A DNA stretch of 64,000 nt from an uncultured virus (IMG/VR IMGVR_UViG_3300037420_001751) (taxonomy: Duplodnaviria; Heunggongvirae; Uroviricota; Caudoviricetes), in IMG/VR virus record IMGVR_UViG_3300037420_001751; one strand, 5' to 3'. Within the stretch, counting starts at the first letter, position 1. Every line of letters starts with the position of its first letter. A program made the translations under genes and the position numbers. Shown piece after piece: positions 62,828 through 64,000 of this stretch. Below the pieces are notes generated by a model that was not told the DNA's origin, ran no database searches, and saw only the letters and a program-made list of their open reading frames with translations.

Positions 62828-64000
62828 TTAAGCGCCAGCGCCGGACTTGTTTTGGATAGTCGGCTGGCCGTCGGGGCCCGGAGCGGGCTTGTTCGGATCA
62901 ATGAAGGGGCCTTCTGCCTTGGCAGCGGACAACTCCTTATTGATATCCGTGTGCGGGGCCAGCACACCGCGGCGCTTTAGCTCGGCGAGGTACGTCAAAT
63001 GCGAAATCTGACCCTTCAGTCGGCTTTCCAGCAACGACTGGAGATCAGCGGCGTCCTGAGCGGTAAGTCCGAAGTCCGTGCTAATAGTGATGAGCTTACC
63101 TTTCGGCGCTTCCTGCCCTTCCCACGCATACATGAAGCCCAGCGCCGCCGTGATGCCGTCCTCGGTAGCCTTCACCATTGCGCCGAGGTCGGAATCCTCC
63201 GCCTTGTTGCTATGGGACTCCTCCGTCGCCGTCGTTTCCGTCTTGCCACGCCGCTGAAGCAGTTCCGCACCCGCAACAGCCATTCGCGCTTCAATGTCCT
63301 GGAGGTCTTTACGACCCGCTTCAATGGCAGCACCCGTATGCTCGATGATCTTCATGTCCGCATCCGGACTGGAGAGCCGCACCATACGGTCGGGGCCGAT
63401 GATGATCTTATCCTTTGGGGCGCCGTTCTCGTCCAGAGTTGGTTGCCACCCCTTCAAGAACCAAATGGGCACACGCGCCACGTGCAAAATGTTTCGCTGA
63501 TCACTTGACGACTGCCAATGCTCAATGTTCAACCACGCTAGGTCTTCCAACGGGGGCTTGGCCAGCATGTAGCCGATGCGCTCCCCAAAGTACATGGTGA
63601 CAAGCGGAATTTCCGGAAGGGTGATTTCCCCCTCATCCACGATGACCCACATCTTCTCGCCACGGTCGTTCTTCACCGCCTCGAACAAGCGGAAGCCCAC
63701 AACGCGCACGCCGTCCACTACGATGCGCTCAAACACACGCACACGCTCGCGGCATTCCTCTCCCCACGCGCCAACTTGTACTACTACGTGCTCAAGGATA
63801 CGGAGCTGGGTCAGGACAGGACGGCCGTTTTCCATCACGTACTGCCAGCCAATCACGTTGTCGGGTTCCAGAACTACGAAGTACGGGCGAATGTTCTGGG
63901 CGGTTTTGTCCTGTAGCGTGATGCGGTTTTTGACGCTGGGGTATTCCATCAGCAAGTGGACGATACCCTTTTTCACGCCTACTGCGAAACACTGCCGGGT
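62828..64000 (-). CDS. portal protein (DUF4055-like), 5' truncated by the window edge
   Basis: RPY....P.NVIGW, IP.V, PPL.DLA.LN..HWQS.SD..ILH...P; frame open to the window end. Confidence 0.88.
   Translation of the reverse strand, partial: TRQCFAVGVKKGIVHLLMEYPSVKNRITLQDKTAQNIRPYFVVLEPDNVIGWQYVMENGRPVLTQLRILEHVVVQVGAWGEECRERVRVFERIVVDGVRVVGFRLFEAVKNDRGEKMWVIVDEGEITLPEIPLVTMYFGERIGYMLAKPPLEDLAWLNIEHWQSSSDQRNILHVARVPIWFLKGWQPTLDENGAPKDKIIIGPDRMVRLSSPDADMKIIEHTGAAIEAGRKDLQDIEARMAVAGAELLQRRGKTETTATEESHSNKAEDSDLGAMVKATEDGITAALGFMYAWEGQEAPKGKLITISTDFGLTAQDAADLQSLLESRLKGQISHLTYLAELKRRGVLAPHTDINKELSAAKAEGPFIDPNKPAPGPDGQPTIQNKSGAGA

Noticed and set aside
1..64000. CRISPR array, tRNA, rRNA, integrase, transposase, reverse transcriptase/DGR
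   Set aside because: No regularly spaced repeats, cloverleafs or diagnostic motifs were found by eye; a tRNAscan/Infernal run would be needed to exclude RNAs fully
1..64000. Stop-codon reassignment
   Set aside because: Core genes are full length in code 11, and TAA, TAG and TGA all end genes

Overview
This window is about 64 kb of a tailed dsDNA bacteriophage genome with a siphovirus-type gene set, read in standard code 11. No integrase, tRNA, rRNA, CRISPR array or IS element was seen. 1-5087 is a + strand block of small accessory ORFs; everything else is on the - strand. The - strand late module, in transcription order, runs: partial portal, scaffold, P22-type major capsid protein, neck proteins, three signal-peptide-bearing fibre-like genes, tail tube, frameshifted tail chaperones, tape measure, tail tip proteins (the large one ends in a Hint domain) and the lysis cassette. 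Next comes a replication module (SNF2 helicase, SSB-like protein, primase, UvrD-like helicase, PolA, clamp-like protein) interleaved with a 7-deazaguanine DNA-modification pathway (queD, queC, folE, TGT/DpdA-like, queE). Then follow nucleotide-metabolism genes (thyX, deoxyribosyltransferase, MazG-like, dNMP kinase) and early accessory genes behind a repeated promoter/leader motif. The most unusual signals are: (i) three consecutive Cys-rich, tail-fibre-like genes with Sec-type signal peptides inside the virion operon, (ii) three dispersed paralogues of one winged-helix-like domain, each behind its own promoter, (iii) a non-splicing Hint domain ending the tail tip protein, and (iv) UAA-triloop hairpins in the scaffold leader. 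All family assignments come from recognising motifs by eye; no database search was run.
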